A DNA stretch of 64,000 bases from Oikopleura dioica (taxonomy: Eukaryota > Animalia > Chordata). Made by a program: the position numbers and the translations under genes. The notes below the pieces were generated by a model that had not been told where the DNA came from, ran no database searches, and saw nothing but the letters and a program-made list of their open reading frames with translations. Of the stretch, positions 63,737 through 64,000 are shown piece after piece (position 1 is the stretch's first letter; each line of letters starts with the position of its first letter). The stretch spans positions 2,728,001 to 2,792,000 of the forward strand of contig OU015569.1 in NCBI GenBank assembly GCA_907165135.1, read 5' to 3'.

Positions 63737-64000
63737 ATGTTTCGAATCGCCCGTTCTGCCGCGAGAACTCTCACCACTTCCGCTCGAACTCCCAAGCAAG
63801 GTAACTCCTCATTCTAGGGATTCAATCTTTCCGCCTATTTTGATAGTGTTCGTGCGAGATGCGCTCAACATGGCTATGGACGAGGAAATGGAACGAGATG
63901 AAGGCGTCGTTCTGATCGGCGAGGAAGTCGCCCAGTATGATGGTGCCTATAAGGTTTCTCGAGGTCTCCTTGGCAAGGTAACCCCCGTTTGTTTTCTGCA
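63737..64000 (+). CDS. PDHB: Pyruvate dehydrogenase E1 beta, 5' part (runs off the right edge)
   Basis: Presequence then [39 protein letters not shown]. Confidence 0.93.

Overview
Compact eukaryotic genomic DNA (about 40% GC by eye, 40-60 nt introns, 80-90 bp same-strand gene spacing with TTTCAG-type acceptors, at least one GA-AG intron, chordate-like proteins). This fits the larvacean tunicate Oikopleura (inference). Recognisable genes: neurobeachin-like (partial), METTL2, a MARVEL protein, a LIV-1 ZIP zinc transporter, a catalytically degenerate ODC homolog (antizyme-inhibitor-like), a K2P channel, an SRSF4/5/6-like protein, lysosomal alpha-mannosidase, a Thr-rich lectin/SRCR membrane glycoprotein, KIF4, an RRM protein, HP1, tRNA-Ser(UGA), MFSD11, ANGEL, GLRX5 and PDHB (partial). 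Transposons are dense and nested. Main discoveries: (1) a K2P channel whose extracellular cap appears to carry several hundred residues of C-type lectin and EGF modules plus a furin site; (2) a 13.6 kb Sola2-like DNA transposon with ~500 bp TIRs, a Ulp1 protease and unknown cargo, inserted in a coding exon; (3) an AUU-initiated, spliced upstream ORF ending PPCRPR* ahead of the AZIN-like gene, resembling the polyamine-sensing uCC; (4) an EGF-containing ZIP ectodomain; (5) a MITE in an MFSD11 exon that could be spliced out in frame. All exon structures and family assignments were made by eye and from memory; no database search was run. A few 1-nt homopolymer frameshifts may be assembly errors.
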